Part shown: positions 11,762-23,158 of the stretch, piece by piece
Position numbering within the stretch: the stretch's first letter is position 1
Layout of the letters: every line of letters begins with the position of its first letter
Origin: an uncultured Gammaproteobacteria bacterium
GTDB taxonomy: Bacteria > Pseudomonadota > Gammaproteobacteria > UBA9214
Direction of reading: 5' to 3'
Assembly: GCA_963773065.1 (NCBI GenBank)
Contig: CAVYZN010000006.1
Location: 64,001 to 128,000 of the forward strand
Length of the DNA: 64,000 bases
Notes under the pieces: model-generated
Database searches by the model: none
What the model saw: only the letters and a program-made list of their open reading frames with translations
Told to the model about the DNA's origin: nothing
Translations under genes and position numbers: made by a program

Positions 11762-12022
11762 AATTCTTCTTTGAAAAACAGATTTCAGCCATTCTGGCAA
11801 GGAAGGATCGATGAGTATCACAGAGCGCCTTCGCAAGGCCCGCCGGAAAATCACCTGGAAGAGCGGCAAGTCATGATTCATGGCATGAGCCGCCTGATTG
11901 CCAGGCAGTCACTGATCGGCGCCAACCGGTGTTCGATAAAACGATAGTCCTTCCCTAAGTACCGCGGAGCAGACGAGACCAAATGTACACAATCCCCGAA
12001 ACCCGTCACACATGCCGGAGAA

Positions 12023-12948
12023 ATGCCCACGATACGCAAAAAGAAACGCGAGATGTCTCGTTTCGCTGCTGTTCTTCCTGTCCCGCAAGCAGAAACTCGC
12101 CCTCGATCACTGGCTGCGCGGCCGCAAGGAATACAAGGAAGTCCGCAAGAGCGGACTACGTCATCGTCTCACCGCCCAAATGCGGGCGCACCTGGTTGCG
12201 CCTGATGCTGTCCCGTTTCTTCCAGATTCGCTACGGGCTGCCCGAGGGTGAGTTGCTGGGCTACGACAATTACCACAAAATGAATCCGGCCATACCCCGG
12301 ATACGTTTCACGCACGACCGCTACATCCGGGACTACACGAAAAACCGTGATTCCAAGCGCGACTTTTATCACAAGAACGTGATTCTGCTGGTGCGTGACC
12401 CGCGCGATGTGGCGGTCTCGAACTATTTCCAATGGATCAATACCGTCAACCCCTACAAGAAGCAGTTGCTGAATCTCCCCGAGCATCCGGAGGATGTCCC
12501 GCTATTTGAATATGCGATGACGCGCCAATTCGGCATACCACGCACCGTTGACTTTCTCAATGCCTGGGCAGGCGAACTCGAAAAGATCCGGAACACATCT
12601 GCTGATCCGTTACGAGGACATGCGCGCGGAACCGGCACGCTTACTCGGGAACATTCTGGACTTCATGGGCATTCAGGCATCCGCGCAAGAGATCGACCAG
12701 GTAGTGGATCAGAGACCTCCTTCGAGAACATGAAAAAGCTCGAGCAGGATCAGACGATCACATCGGGCAGCCGCCGCCTGATGGTAAAGGATCCGAACAA
12801 CCCGGATGCCTACAAGGTGCGGCGCGGCAAGGTCGGCGGCTATACGGACTACTTCAGCGATCGGGAAATCAGGGACATCGACCGGCTCATCGCGACGCTG
12901 CCACCCGTGTACGGCTATGCACCCGATGCCGGGCCGGTACACGAATAG
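12023..12948 (+). CDS. PAPS-dependent sulfotransferase 1 (Sulfotransfer_1-like); frameshifted
   Basis: 5'-PSB motif SPPKCGRTWL, 3'-PB motif VRDPRDVAVS, IRYEDM, SFENMK and KVRRGKVGGY. Confidence 0.9.
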
Positions 12949-12988
12949 CAATGCCGGGGCGACCGCCGATGAGTTGCAGCAGATGGCC

Positions 12989-13836
12989 ATGAAATTTCTC
13001 CAATCATTCCGGACCTGGCGCCACAAACGGCGCTGGGCGCGCCGGAATATCTATCAACAGCGCAATGCCGATGCCATCGTGGTATCGCACACCAAGAGTG
13101 GCCGCACCTGGCTGCGCATCATGATTTCCTACCTCTATCATCTTGAATATGGCACACCCGCCACCGAGATCATCGCTTTTGACAACCTGCATGCGCTGAA
13201 TCCGGCCATCCCGCGCCTCTATTTTAACCGTGACACCAGGGTACCGACCTTCGCGCAGGGTAGAACTTTTAGTACAGATGGCGAATGACATGAAGGTATT
13301 GTTTCTGGTGCGTGACCCGCGTGATGTCGCCGTGTCATTCTATTTCCACGTCATCAATCGCGCATCCGACCGGGAGTTGATCCGTAAGGGAATACCGCCG
13401 CAAGCGAGATCATTATCGCTGTATGATTTCGTGGTCGATCGCGATCTGGGCATTCCCCGTATCGTCAGTCACTTCAATCGCTGGCACGACGAAATGCAAA
13501 CCATGCCGCATACCATGGTTATGAAGTATGAAGACATGCGCGCCGAACCCGTAACCACACTGGGTCAGGCCATGCGCTTTCTTGACCGCGATTTCAGTCA
13601 CGAAAACCTGGCAAAGGCGGTGGAATTCGCCTCATTCGACAACCTTGCGCGCAAGGAGAAAAGCGGGTTTTTCCAATCCGGCCGCATGCGTCCGATCAAC
13701 CCGCGGTGACACCGGCTCCTTCAAGGTCCGGCGGGGCAAGGTCGGCGGTTACCGGGATTACTTTACGGCGCAACAGAATGAGACCATCGACGCCCTGGTA
13801 CGGGAGCAGTTGCATCCCTGCTATGGATATACCTGA
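12989..13836 (+). CDS. PAPS-dependent sulfotransferase 2, tandem paralogue; frameshifted
   Basis: SHTKSGRTWL, VRDPRDVAVS, KYEDM, SFDNL and KVRRGKVGGY. Confidence 0.9.
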
Positions 13837-13873
13837 GCTTAGACACCGCGCGCTCGTATACTGACCCTCACAG

Positions 13874-13990
13874 GTAGTGCCACGGTCCGGTCGGCTTGCC
13901 GAAACACGCCGGTATACGTCCCTGTAGGCTCGTGTGCCGCCGTCCTGGCGGCACACGTTTTCGGCAAGCCGACCGGACCGTGGCACTCCA
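13874..13990. repeat. REPIN/BIME-like composite palindrome
   Basis: Perfect 29-bp inverted repeat (13876-13904 / 13959-13987) whose left arm begins with GTAG, enclosing a second GTAG-led hairpin CGTGTGCCGCC / GGCGGCACACG (13931-13957). Confidence 0.8.
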
Positions 13991-14130
13991 GCGCGGCCAA
14001 TGAAGACCGTGGCATGAGACACATGAGACCCTGCCGCCTGTGCATCCGTGAGCCATGGGCCATGTTGACGGGCTGACGGACTAGCCCCTATAGTTTCCGC
14101 GACTTCCTTACCTGGCATGTTCCTTACCCC

Positions 14131-15846
14131 ATGCGTCTACTCCTGACTCTGCTGAGGGCTTACCCCTGGCGGACCGCTTTCGCCCTGGTTTCCATACTCT
14201 TCGCGGGTATCGCCGATGGTGTAAGCATCTCCGCCCTGTTGCCCTTGCTCAATCTCGTTACCCGCGGGAATTACAGGGAAGGCTGCCGCGATACTCACTG
14301 CATCGCCAGGCAGGCACCCGTGTCGAGGCAATGATCCTCAACGGGCTGTCATACCTCGGCCTGGAAGCCACACTTGGGGTATTGCTCGTCCTCGTCGTAT
14401 TGGCCGTTCTTGTGAAAAGCATGCTCTTGCTCCTGGCCAATAACCACGTAGGCTATTCCGCGGCCCACATCACCACCGAACTGCGCCTCGCCCTGTTACG
14501 GGCCGTGCTCGCCACAAGCTGGGAGTATTTCCTGCATCAACCGATTGGAAAGCTCGCCAACTCCATGGCCACCGAGGCAAACCGCTCCGCGCAGTCGTAC
14601 ATATTCGGCGTCACCATGCTGGCAATGCTGTTCCAGGCACTGGTGTACATGGCAATTGCACTGGCCGTCTCCTGGAAGGCGACGCTGACCGCACTGGGGA
14701 TCGGACTCGTCATACTCGCTGTCTCCACATCTGCTGGTGAGAATGTCCAGGAGCGCCGGAAATCGCCAGACCAAAGTCTATAAATCATTGATTTCCCGCC
14801 TGACGGATACCTGCAGTCGGTCAAGTCACTCAAGGCAATGGCGCGGGAGGACCTGGCGGATACCGTGTTGAGCGCGGAAACGGCGAAGTTGAACCGGCCC
14901 TGCAAACGATGTGTTCAGCCGGGAATTACTGGATGCCGTCCAGAGCCCCTTGACTGCCATGGTCATCGCAATGGGTATCTACTCGCGCTGCACATATGGG
15001 CATGCCTTCGCCGCGGTTCTGGTGCTGGTGATACTCCTGGCCCGCGTGCTCGGACAAATGGGCAAGGTACAAAAACAGTATCAGAAGCTGGTCACCAACG
15101 AGAGCGCCTTCTGGTCTTACGTCACGCCATCAACATGCCGAGCAGGCCCGGGAGGTCGGCACGGGAACCGAAAGCCGAAGCTCGAGTCGGGCATCAGGTT
15201 CGGAACGGTATCCTTCGCCTATGGCGAGAAGACGGTATTGCAGAAGGTGTCGATGAGGATACCGGCCAAGTCCCTGACGACGATTATCGGGTCCTCCGGC
15301 GCCGGCAAGACCACCCTGGTCGATCTGGTGATCGGGCTCTACCAGCCCGATGGCGGGACGGTATATCTGGACGACATGCCATTGACGTCGGATCGATCTC
15401 AAGCTATGGCGGCAAAAAATAGGCTATGTACCCCAGGAACAGCTCCTGCTTCACGACAGTATCCTGACCAATGTCACCTTCGGCGATCCGCAACTCACCG
15501 AAGCGGACGCGGAGTATGCCTTGAGGGCGGCGGGACGCCTGGGAATTCGTCAGCGAACTACCGGATGGCATGCAGAGCAACGTGGGAGAACGCGGCGCCA
15601 AACTTTCCGGCGGACAACGGCAGCGCATCATGATCGCCCGCGCCCTGGCGCACCGGCCATCGGTGTTGATACTGGATGAACCGACGAGCGCGCTGGATCC
15701 GGCACAGCGAGTCGATCATCAGCGATACCTTGCGCCAATTACGCGACAATTACACGATACTCGCCATCTCTCATCAGCCGGCGCTGGCAAAATCGGCCGA
15801 TGTGATATACCGGCTGCAGGATGGTCAATTGCATCAGACTTCGTGA
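14131..15846 (+). CDS. MsbA-like ABC exporter (fused TMD and NBD); multiple frameshifts
   Basis: Hydrophobic N-terminal half; [27 protein letters not shown] and AISH; stop TGA at 15844-15846. Confidence 0.88.
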
Positions 15847-16337
15847 GTGCGGCCCATCCGGCGAACACTGCCGGCAAAAAGCCATGGCCGTGAGCTGCTT
15901 CGCCACCCTGTGATGTGAGTCGCGCGATAGCAGGACATTTCGCACCCATGCCGAAGCAAAGATGGCGATCCTCGAGTTCATCGAGGTATGGTACAAACCA
16001 CATCGGCGGCATTCATCCCTTGATTATCAATCACGGATCAACTATGAAAGATGACACCAAACCGGCGGCCTTGGGAACAAGTACTAACCTTTCCACTGAA
16101 ACGGGTCAAGCCCACCCGGCAGAGCCGGGGGGTTTACCTAACGGAAATTACCGGGAGTAAATTTGGACAGCCGGAGGCTAGCGCCGAGAGGGCGAGACAC
16201 ATCGAAGGGCCGAGCAATCAACTGCCGACACGGGGATATTCAGTCCTGGGCAGGCCATCCATTGGCTATCTTTACGCAACAACTTACCATGACACTCTTT
16301 GCTTGGTTTAAATCACAATTGAGGCGCCGCCAGCTTC

Positions 16338-17276
16338 TCAAATATAGCCCAGTTTACCGAGATCGACATCAAAGTCTTCCGCGAGATGCCGGTTGGACTC
16401 ACTGTACAATGACACAATACTCGTCCTTTGCCGGCTATCCAGTTCAAAACTGAATTTCCTGAACGGTACTCGCTTCAAAACAATCCGCAGCCACCTTGGA
16501 AAACTCGCGATCTTCCAATTGTGCCGATGCAGTTTGTCGAGCAAGTACTCGTTGGCCGTAATGTGATACCCACTGCCCGAAAACGATCGAGGTTTGGTAT
16601 TGAATGATCCTCTGGCAAGGCACTGCTGCGACCTGTGTGCGTCAATACCGAGATACTCCGACAATCGCTGTGTAAATCGATCACGGTCGCCGACAAATTC
16701 CTCGAATGTGAACAGGGTGACCATCTCCTTCCCGAATAGTGTTCTGTAGAAGGCAGCGACCTCGTTGTAAAACAGTGTGGCGAAATAACCCTCTCGCGGG
16801 TGCTCAAGTGAGGCATCAACGAAGCGACGAAAGTCATCAGGAACACGGGAAACTGAGTCAAAAAAGTACGACGGAATAATATCGACCTGCCGTCTGATCG
16901 TGAGCATGACGCAAACATCATAATCGGCGCTGACGGGCTCAGCGAATACTTGTCGGATGCGTTCTGCGGTGCGCCCGATATCATGATCACCATAGCGGGT
17001 GGGGCGCAGAAAGTCCTCATGTGAAAGCATCATGTTACGGCCATTCTCCTGCTTTGCCACGAGACCGGCGAAAGTTTCCTGTAACTGAGGCAGCGCTCGC
17101 TCGAATTGCACCGAGTCTAGTTTCAGTATCTGCTTTTCGAGAGCCAGTAGATCACCGGTAAGCGGCTTGCCCAGATAGCAAAGATCGGGGTGTCGCTTAA
17201 AAAGCTGCTTTTGCAACGTGGTGGTTGCCGTCTTCGGATAGCCGACATGCAGGAAAAATTTCTTGCGGGTTTCCAT
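16338..17276 (-). CDS. Sulfotransferase-fold protein 3
   Basis: LHVGYPKTATTTLQ (PSB loop), LSHEDF, IRRQ..I.S and FEEF. Confidence 0.8.
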   Translation of the reverse strand: METRKKFFLHVGYPKTATTTLQKQLFKRHPDLCYLGKPLTGDLLALEKQILKLDSVQFERALPQLQETFAGLVAKQENGRNMMLSHEDFLRPTRYGDHDIGRTAERIRQVFAEPVSADYDVCVMLTIRRQVDIIPSYFFDSVSRVPDDFRRFVDASLEHPREGYFATLFYNEVAAFYRTLFGKEMVTLFTFEEFVGDRDRFTQRLSEYLGIDAHRSQQCLARGSFNTKPRSFSGSGYHITANEYLLDKLHRHNWKIASFPRWLRIVLKRVPFRKFSFELDSRQRTSIVSLYSESNRHLAEDFDVDLGKLGYI

Positions 17277-17762
17277 GCCCGGTTAGCCTATTGCAACGTG
17301 ATGACAGCCGTGATCAAAGGGATCCATGCCGTTTGAATCGACGAAGGTTGGCAATGTGTGCGAAAAAAGTGAACATCTTCGTAAATTCCAGCGCGTTTTC
17401 AAGCCGGGGGGCAGATTAAACCTGAACTACCAAGTATATGGCAGGGATTAGACAATAATCAGACAGCCGCAGCAAGCCCACTGCAGATGCTCTCGAACCG
17501 CTCGCGTACCATGATATTCTTGCCCACATCGAGTACGACACCACCATTTATAACTCCACGTCATTGACCTTGCCGGCCTGCAGCCAGGTGCGCCTGCACC
17601 CGGGACAGGAGACGATCAGCCAATCGGTACGCCGGAACTTGTACGAGCGACTGGCCTTTCTGCGTGACTTGAGCGGCACAAGTTCTCGATAAGACGCTGC
17701 GGGCAGGTCTTCAGGTTTCAGGGGCAGGCCACCGCGGGTACGGGAAGCCGGTATACGCGGTA

Positions 17763-18575
17763 TCAGGAAAACACCGGTACTCTGGACGCCAGCTGGAATG
17801 TGGCGCGGTCCAGACGCGGCATTTCGTTAAGGTAAGTGGTATCACGCCTCAGTACCACATTGTTTTCTGAACGCAGCTTGCGGTTCCCGCGAATCATGTG
17901 AGACACCCGTTCGAAGGGTTGACCACTGCCGAGCCGCTCCCCGATGGCGTCGAAGTCCAGCCCCAGGCACTCACCCACTGGGCGCAACGCCGCATGCGGG
18001 TTGCTGCAGATATCCTCGTAACTGACACGCACGGCTTTTGCGCCGAGTTGCTCCTCCAGTCGGGAATACTGCCTGACCTGCCACACCCAGTGACGCGAAA
18101 CCGCGGCGACCCGACGTAACCGCTTCCAGCGGGACGTCCCCAGAACTCCGATCCGGAGATCCTTACGGATCCGGGAATACACAACAGCCCGGCCATCCCT
18201 GACAACATGGACCAAGTACAGGTCGATGCCGTCGATGGACTGCAGCAGTTGCGCATAGCCCACGTTGTGGGTGACATCGCCGATAAACGGCCTGCCTGAC
18301 ATGACGCTTATCAATTCGTACAGTCGCGGCAACTTTTCGCTGTCAGGCCAGTCCTGGACCGGCTTGTACCGGTGACGTATTTCCAGCCAGAAGGGACAGT
18401 CAGCGGCCGGGACGCCGCAGGAACAGACATTGGCCGCTCCAAACATGACGCCGTGCGGAAATTCACGCAGCTTTCCGGTAGAGAAAATATCCGGGTGCTG
18501 GCCAAGCATCATATTGAAGATAGTCGTACCGCCATGTGCGGCACCGGCAATCAAGACAACTTTGTGTTTGGACAT
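17763..18575 (-). CDS. Sulfotransferase family protein 4 (Sulfotransfer_3-like)
   Basis: IAGAAHGGTT...LGQHP, CSCG....CPFW, HVVRDGRAVVYS and VSYEDIC.NP. Confidence 0.85.
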   Translation of the reverse strand: MSKHKVVLIAGAAHGGTTIFNMMLGQHPDIFSTGKLREFPHGVMFGAANVCSCGVPAADCPFWLEIRHRYKPVQDWPDSEKLPRLYELISVMSGRPFIGDVTHNVGYAQLLQSIDGIDLYLVHVVRDGRAVVYSRIRKDLRIGVLGTSRWKRLRRVAAVSRHWVWQVRQYSRLEEQLGAKAVRVSYEDICSNPHAALRPVGECLGLDFDAIGERLGSGQPFERVSHMIRGNRKLRSENNVVLRRDTTYLNEMPRLDRATFQLASRVPVFS

Positions 18576-18874
18576 TGGGCGCAAACGAAGACAACCGAAC
18601 CTGTCAGGGGTCTACATGATAACCGAAAGTCACACTAAGGGGTTTCGCCTTTTTTATTCATGCAATTACGCGGGCTAACAGCTTATAATCACTCGCCTTG
18701 CGATTCATGATACAGACTGTCGCGGGGCAAGCATCATCAACCGACCACCCGGCGGCGGGCTGCCGGAGACACTGCAAGCCGGTTTCATGACCGACACCAA
18801 GGGATAGCGGGACGGACATTGTGCTATGCTCCGCGCTGGCAACACGGGTTCATATCACGCGCAGATTCCACAGC

Positions 18875-19624
18875 ATGTATTTCAACTTCGACAATCTCGA
18901 GTTCCGCTACGAGCCCTACCCCATCGGCATCTCCAGGCCGCTCATGAAACCGGAGGTCTACCGGGAGTTCCTGGACAACTACCCGGAAAAGGAATGGTTC
19001 AAGTACATGGCCAAGCTCGGGCACAAGTATTCCCTGTCAGAGCACTTCGATGCGAAGAAATTCTATCGCTTTCTGCGTGGCAACCCGCTCTGGAACGACT
19101 TCAACACGTGGATCAAGAGCCGCGACTTCGTCAGCCGGGTCCTCGATGCGCTGGCCGAGCGCTCGCTCGATCTGGGCTATGACCCGGACATGTCGGTCGC
19201 CAGGCAGTTTCGCAAGCGGCTGACGCATTGGGGACGCATGAGCTGCAGCGGTGCGCGGCTGCGATCGCGCTTCGAGTTTTCCATGCTGCCGGCGGATGGC
19301 GGCCATATCCTGCCGCACACCGATTCGCCCAACAAGATCGTCACCCTGATCATCTCCATGGTCGGTGACGGCGAATGGGACCCCGCCTACGGCGGCGGCA
19401 CCGACGTCAACCGGCACAAGGACATCAGCCACAATTTCAACTGGACCAACGAGCAGGGCCGGTTTGAAGACATGGAGGTCGTCGATACCTTCGAATTCAG
19501 CCCCAACCAGGCGGTGATGTTCATCAAGACCTTCAACTCCTGGCACTCCGTGCGGCCCATGACCGGCAAGGGCTCAGCGGCCATGCGCAGAACGCTGACC
19601 ATCAATATCGAAGCCTTTGCCTGA
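18875..19624 (+). CDS. 2OG-Fe(II) oxygenase superfamily protein
   Basis: HTD...H facial triad (PHTDSPNK, SWHSV), GGGT and C-terminal RRTL. Confidence 0.85.
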   Translation: MYFNFDNLEFRYEPYPIGISRPLMKPEVYREFLDNYPEKEWFKYMAKLGHKYSLSEHFDAKKFYRFLRGNPLWNDFNTWIKSRDFVSRVLDALAERSLDLGYDPDMSVARQFRKRLTHWGRMSCSGARLRSRFEFSMLPADGGHILPHTDSPNKIVTLIISMVGDGEWDPAYGGGTDVNRHKDISHNFNWTNEQGRFEDMEVVDTFEFSPNQAVMFIKTFNSWHSVRPMTGKGSAAMRRTLTINIEAFA

Positions 19625-19674
19625 ATCGACCGCCTACTGCCCGCCGTTGAGGGAGCCGCGCCGGGAACTGATGC

Positions 19675-20368
19675 ATGCCCACCTTATTGATCCTCGGTTC
19701 AAAACCCGATCCCGCCCTGCCGCCGGCCGCGAGTTTCGATGCCGTGGCCTGCGCCAACGCCTCCGGCTACTCCGCGGACCGCCACGGCCTGCCGGTACCG
19801 GCGCTTACCGCCATATCGGCGGTGCTGACCTCGGGCATCGGGTCCGGCAAACAGAGCCTGGAAGCCCTGCGCGGATTGCGCACCGAGGCGCTCTACCGGG
19901 TGCCGCAATTCGACAAGCCCCGAAAGACTGTGGAAGAAAATAAAAACCCTGCCGGTCGCCATCAAGACCTCGCCGGTTTTTTTCAAGTTCCGACTCAGAC
20001 AGGCGGATTACCACTGGAACAGCTTCATCAGCCGCGACGTGGCCTTTTACCAGGCGTTGATCGGTACGCTGTGCCGGAATGATCCGGAGATAATGGCGCT
20101 GGTGTCGGAAAAAAAACCGTCTACCGGCGTGATCACCCTCCTGCTCGGCATGTCACTCGGCCGCTATGACCGCTACATCATGAGCGGTTTCAATTTCGAG
20201 CTCACCCATGCCTATGCGGATAATCCCGAGATCCGCCAGCGAGGCACCACGCTGAGCCGCCACACGCCAACGGATTTGCAGGTGCTGCGCCGCCTCGCGC
20301 ACCTCCATGGCACTATCTTCACGACGGAAACGGCGGTCAACTTACAGGCCGGAATCCCCTTCCTGTGA
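19675..20368 (+). CDS. Hypothetical protein with GT29 sialylmotif-like signatures; frameshifted
   Basis: N-terminal LILGS...FDAVACAN; C-terminal PSTGVITLLLGMSLGRYDRYIMSGF, THAY and RHTPTDLQVLRRL. Confidence 0.55.
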
Positions 20369-20481
20369 GACGGCCGTTCAAGGCCGGGGCCGCGCCGCGC
20401 AATGCGCACCGGCATTGAGGCAACGCCGCCGGCCGAATATAATCCCCTCTCCGGTTATCCGCCTGGCAAGGCATCCTTACC

Positions 20482-21421
20482 ATGAAAGACCACGCCGTCT
20501 TCATCCAGACCAACCACAAGCAGATCGTCGGCGCTCTGGTGGCCGAGTATGCGTTGCGGCGCAATTCACGGCACGCCGACGCCTTCGATGTGCGGATCAT
20601 GCACACCCGGGATTACCCGTTTTTCGCCGCCCGCGAAGGCCAGCTCTACCTGCGCGACGGCGTCAAGCGCCCGTGGCTCAACGATGACCTGCAATCCTTC
20701 ACGCCGACGCGCTTCCTGCCGCCTGATCTGATGGGCTACCGGGGCCGCGCGGTGGTCATCGATCCGGACATCTTCGCCATCGCCGACATCTGGGAATTAC
20801 TAACGCGCGACATGAGGGCAAGGCCATCCTGTGCCGCCGCCGCGCCGGACCCAAGGGTCTGGTGGACCGCTGCCTGGCCAGCAGCGTCATGCTGCTCGAC
20901 TGCGCCAAACTCACCCACTGGCGTGTGGAGGAAGCGTTCAACGAACTGTTCGAATTCCGGCGCGACTATCAGCCCTGGATCTGCCTGCGCCTGGAGGACC
21001 GCGACACCATCGGTCTTTTTGAAGACGAATGGAACGACTTCGACCGGCTCACCGCGAAAACCAGAATGCTGCATGTCACGCGGCGGCGCACCCAGCCGTG
21101 GAAGGCCGGGCTGCCCATCGACTGGCGCCCGGCGGAGCGCTTCCGCCTGTTCCCCCCGTGGCCTGGCTGATGCGCGCCCGCCGCCGCCTGTTCGGTGAAT
21201 ACGGCCTGCTCGGCAACTACCGGGAACATCCGGACCTGAACCAGACCCGCCTGTTCTTCGGGCTGCTGAAGGAATGCCTCGACCGGGGCATCGTGACCGA
21301 GGCGATGTTGCGCGAGGAAATGCGCCAGAATCACGTGCGCCACGATGCCTTCCAGGTGCTCGCGCGCACCCCCGACCTGGCCCCTCCCGGCCAGCCACCA
21401 CTCAAACTCTCGGCGGCCTGA
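20482..21421 (+). CDS. GT-A (GT8-like) glycosyltransferase, copy 1; frameshifted
   Basis: SFTPTRF, VIDPDIF (DxD), SVMLLDC, EWND.D and LH.T....QPWK. Confidence 0.75.
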
Positions 21422-21686
21422 ATTCCGCGCCTTCAGGTCCAGTGAAGCCGTACCCCCGTATCAGTACCCGATGATCCGTCAGATTCCTGACGGCGTCGAA
21501 CGCCGCCCTACTTGACCGGGATCATTCATGCGATTTATGCCCCGGGTGAACGGTGTAACAGACGATGCGGAAATTATAAAAGAGCGCCTGGAGACCGTGC
21601 CGGATGTGCATATCAATAAGATAACCTTTGGTTTATTATAAACTGTTAATATACTTGCGACGCCCATTGGCGCCGAACGGCTAAAA

Positions 21687-21857
21687 ATGCTCGACCTGTC
21701 AGTCATCATCGCGACATACAACCGCCGGCGCACCGTGGAATACATACTTCGGGCGCTGGAGAGGCAGTCGCTGCCCGGCATGCTGACAGTTCCGGCAGCA
21801 GGGTTTTGGGCAAGCCCTGCCACTGTGACTGGCCGGAAATACCTCAAGGGAATATGA
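21687..21857 (+). pseudogene. N-terminal relic of a GT2 glycosyltransferase
   Basis: MLDLSVIIATYNRRRTVEYILRALERQSLP, then similarity is lost; 56 codons in total. Confidence 0.7.
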
Positions 21858-21861
21858 CAAA

Positions 21862-23130
21862 TTGAGCAATACCGACGACAGGCGGATAAATCTCTGCCTC
21901 GCCTCACCCTTATTTTACCCCACCTATGGCGGCTCGCAGCTGCGTTTTCTCCGTTATCTGCCTGGCTTCAGGGAGCGCGGTATCGATGTGCGGATTGTTT
22001 CGGGAACGCCGACTGTCGAGGATGTGACTGCGGGCGACAGCGCCGAGACCTGGAGCCGCTATCCTGCAGGCGCCGTCCTGCCGGTGGAAATTGTCAATGG
22101 TGCGCCCGTGACGCGCGTGCGGTTGCCCGATAGTGGCGGACTGCGCCGCTCCTTACATTACCTGCGAACCCTGTACCGTCACTGCAGGTTGCACAGGCCG
22201 GACGTGCTGCAGCTCTTTGGAACCCTGAGATACAACGCGGTACCCTGGCTGTGGCGCCTGCGCGCAATGGGCATTCCCTCGGTTTATGCCGTCACCATCA
22301 CCTCGAAGCTGTGCAACCAGCACAAGTCACCGCTGCGCCGCTGGCTGACGATGCGCAAGCTACGCAACCGCGCCCTGTTCAATGCGCTTGACTGCATCAT
22401 CGTCAACAACGCCAAGATGCGCGAGTTGATGCGGGAGATGGGGGTCACAAGCCGTATCGAGGTCATCCGCAACGGCGTGAACCTGCAGCGCTTCCACCCG
22501 GCTGAAAACCGGCAGGATTTCACGCGGATCCGGGAAGCACTGGGTATTGCCCGGGGGGAACTGATGGTGACCACCGTGGGCGCCGTGATGCCCCGCAAGG
22601 GGAGCGACCTGTTGCTGGAAGCCTGGAATCGCGTGCTCGAAAGCATGCCCGGTGTGCACCTGGTATTTGTCGGGCCACGCAAGGACCTTCAGGATCCCGG
22701 CCTGGGGGATTACAGGGCGCGGCTGGAGCAATTGATCGGCGACTCGGGCGCTCCCGGGCAGGTGCATTTCACCGGCCTGGTCGATAATGTTGAATCCTAT
22801 CTGCATGCGTCCGATGTCTTTGTGCTGCCGTCCCAGCGCGAAGGCATGCCGAACTGCGTCCTGGAGGCCATGGCCTGCGGCGTCCCGGTGATTATCACGC
22901 CTTTCTTCGGCCTGTCCGACGACTTGGGCAAGCCGGGCGAGCATTATCTGCTGGCCGATTTCAGCCCCGATTCGCTGGCGGAGGAGCTGCGCAGGCTGCT
23001 GCGGGACCCCGGTCTGCGCCAGCGTCTGGCGGATGCGGCCCTGCAGTGGATCAGGCAGACCATGGACCAGCAAGCCAGCCTCGACCGGTACGCCTCCCTG
23101 TATAAAGAGCTTGCCCGCAAGTACAAGTAG
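21862..23130 (+). CDS. GT4 glycosyltransferase
   Basis: YGGSQ, NGVNLQRF, PRKG and VFVLPSQREGMPNCVLEAMACG. Confidence 0.92.
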   Translation: MSNTDDRRINLCLASPLFYPTYGGSQLRFLRYLPGFRERGIDVRIVSGTPTVEDVTAGDSAETWSRYPAGAVLPVEIVNGAPVTRVRLPDSGGLRRSLHYLRTLYRHCRLHRPDVLQLFGTLRYNAVPWLWRLRAMGIPSVYAVTITSKLCNQHKSPLRRWLTMRKLRNRALFNALDCIIVNNAKMRELMREMGVTSRIEVIRNGVNLQRFHPAENRQDFTRIREALGIARGELMVTTVGAVMPRKGSDLLLEAWNRVLESMPGVHLVFVGPRKDLQDPGLGDYRARLEQLIGDSGAPGQVHFTGLVDNVESYLHASDVFVLPSQREGMPNCVLEAMACGVPVIITPFFGLSDDLGKPGEHYLLADFSPDSLAEELRRLLRDPGLRQRLADAALQWIRQTMDQQASLDRYASLYKELARKYK

Positions 23131-23158
23131 ATCTGTGAGTTCTGAAGGTTCTGCCATA

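Noticed and set aside
16085-16230. Possible IS200/IS605 end or structured RNA (CCCGGCAGAGCCGGG hairpin)
   Set aside because: Only a short hairpin; no transposase or second copy in the window.
17480-17692. Short open frame DALEPLAYHDILAHIEYDTT...LAFLRDL on the + strand
   Set aside because: It may be a gene relic, but I recognise no family and see no clear start.
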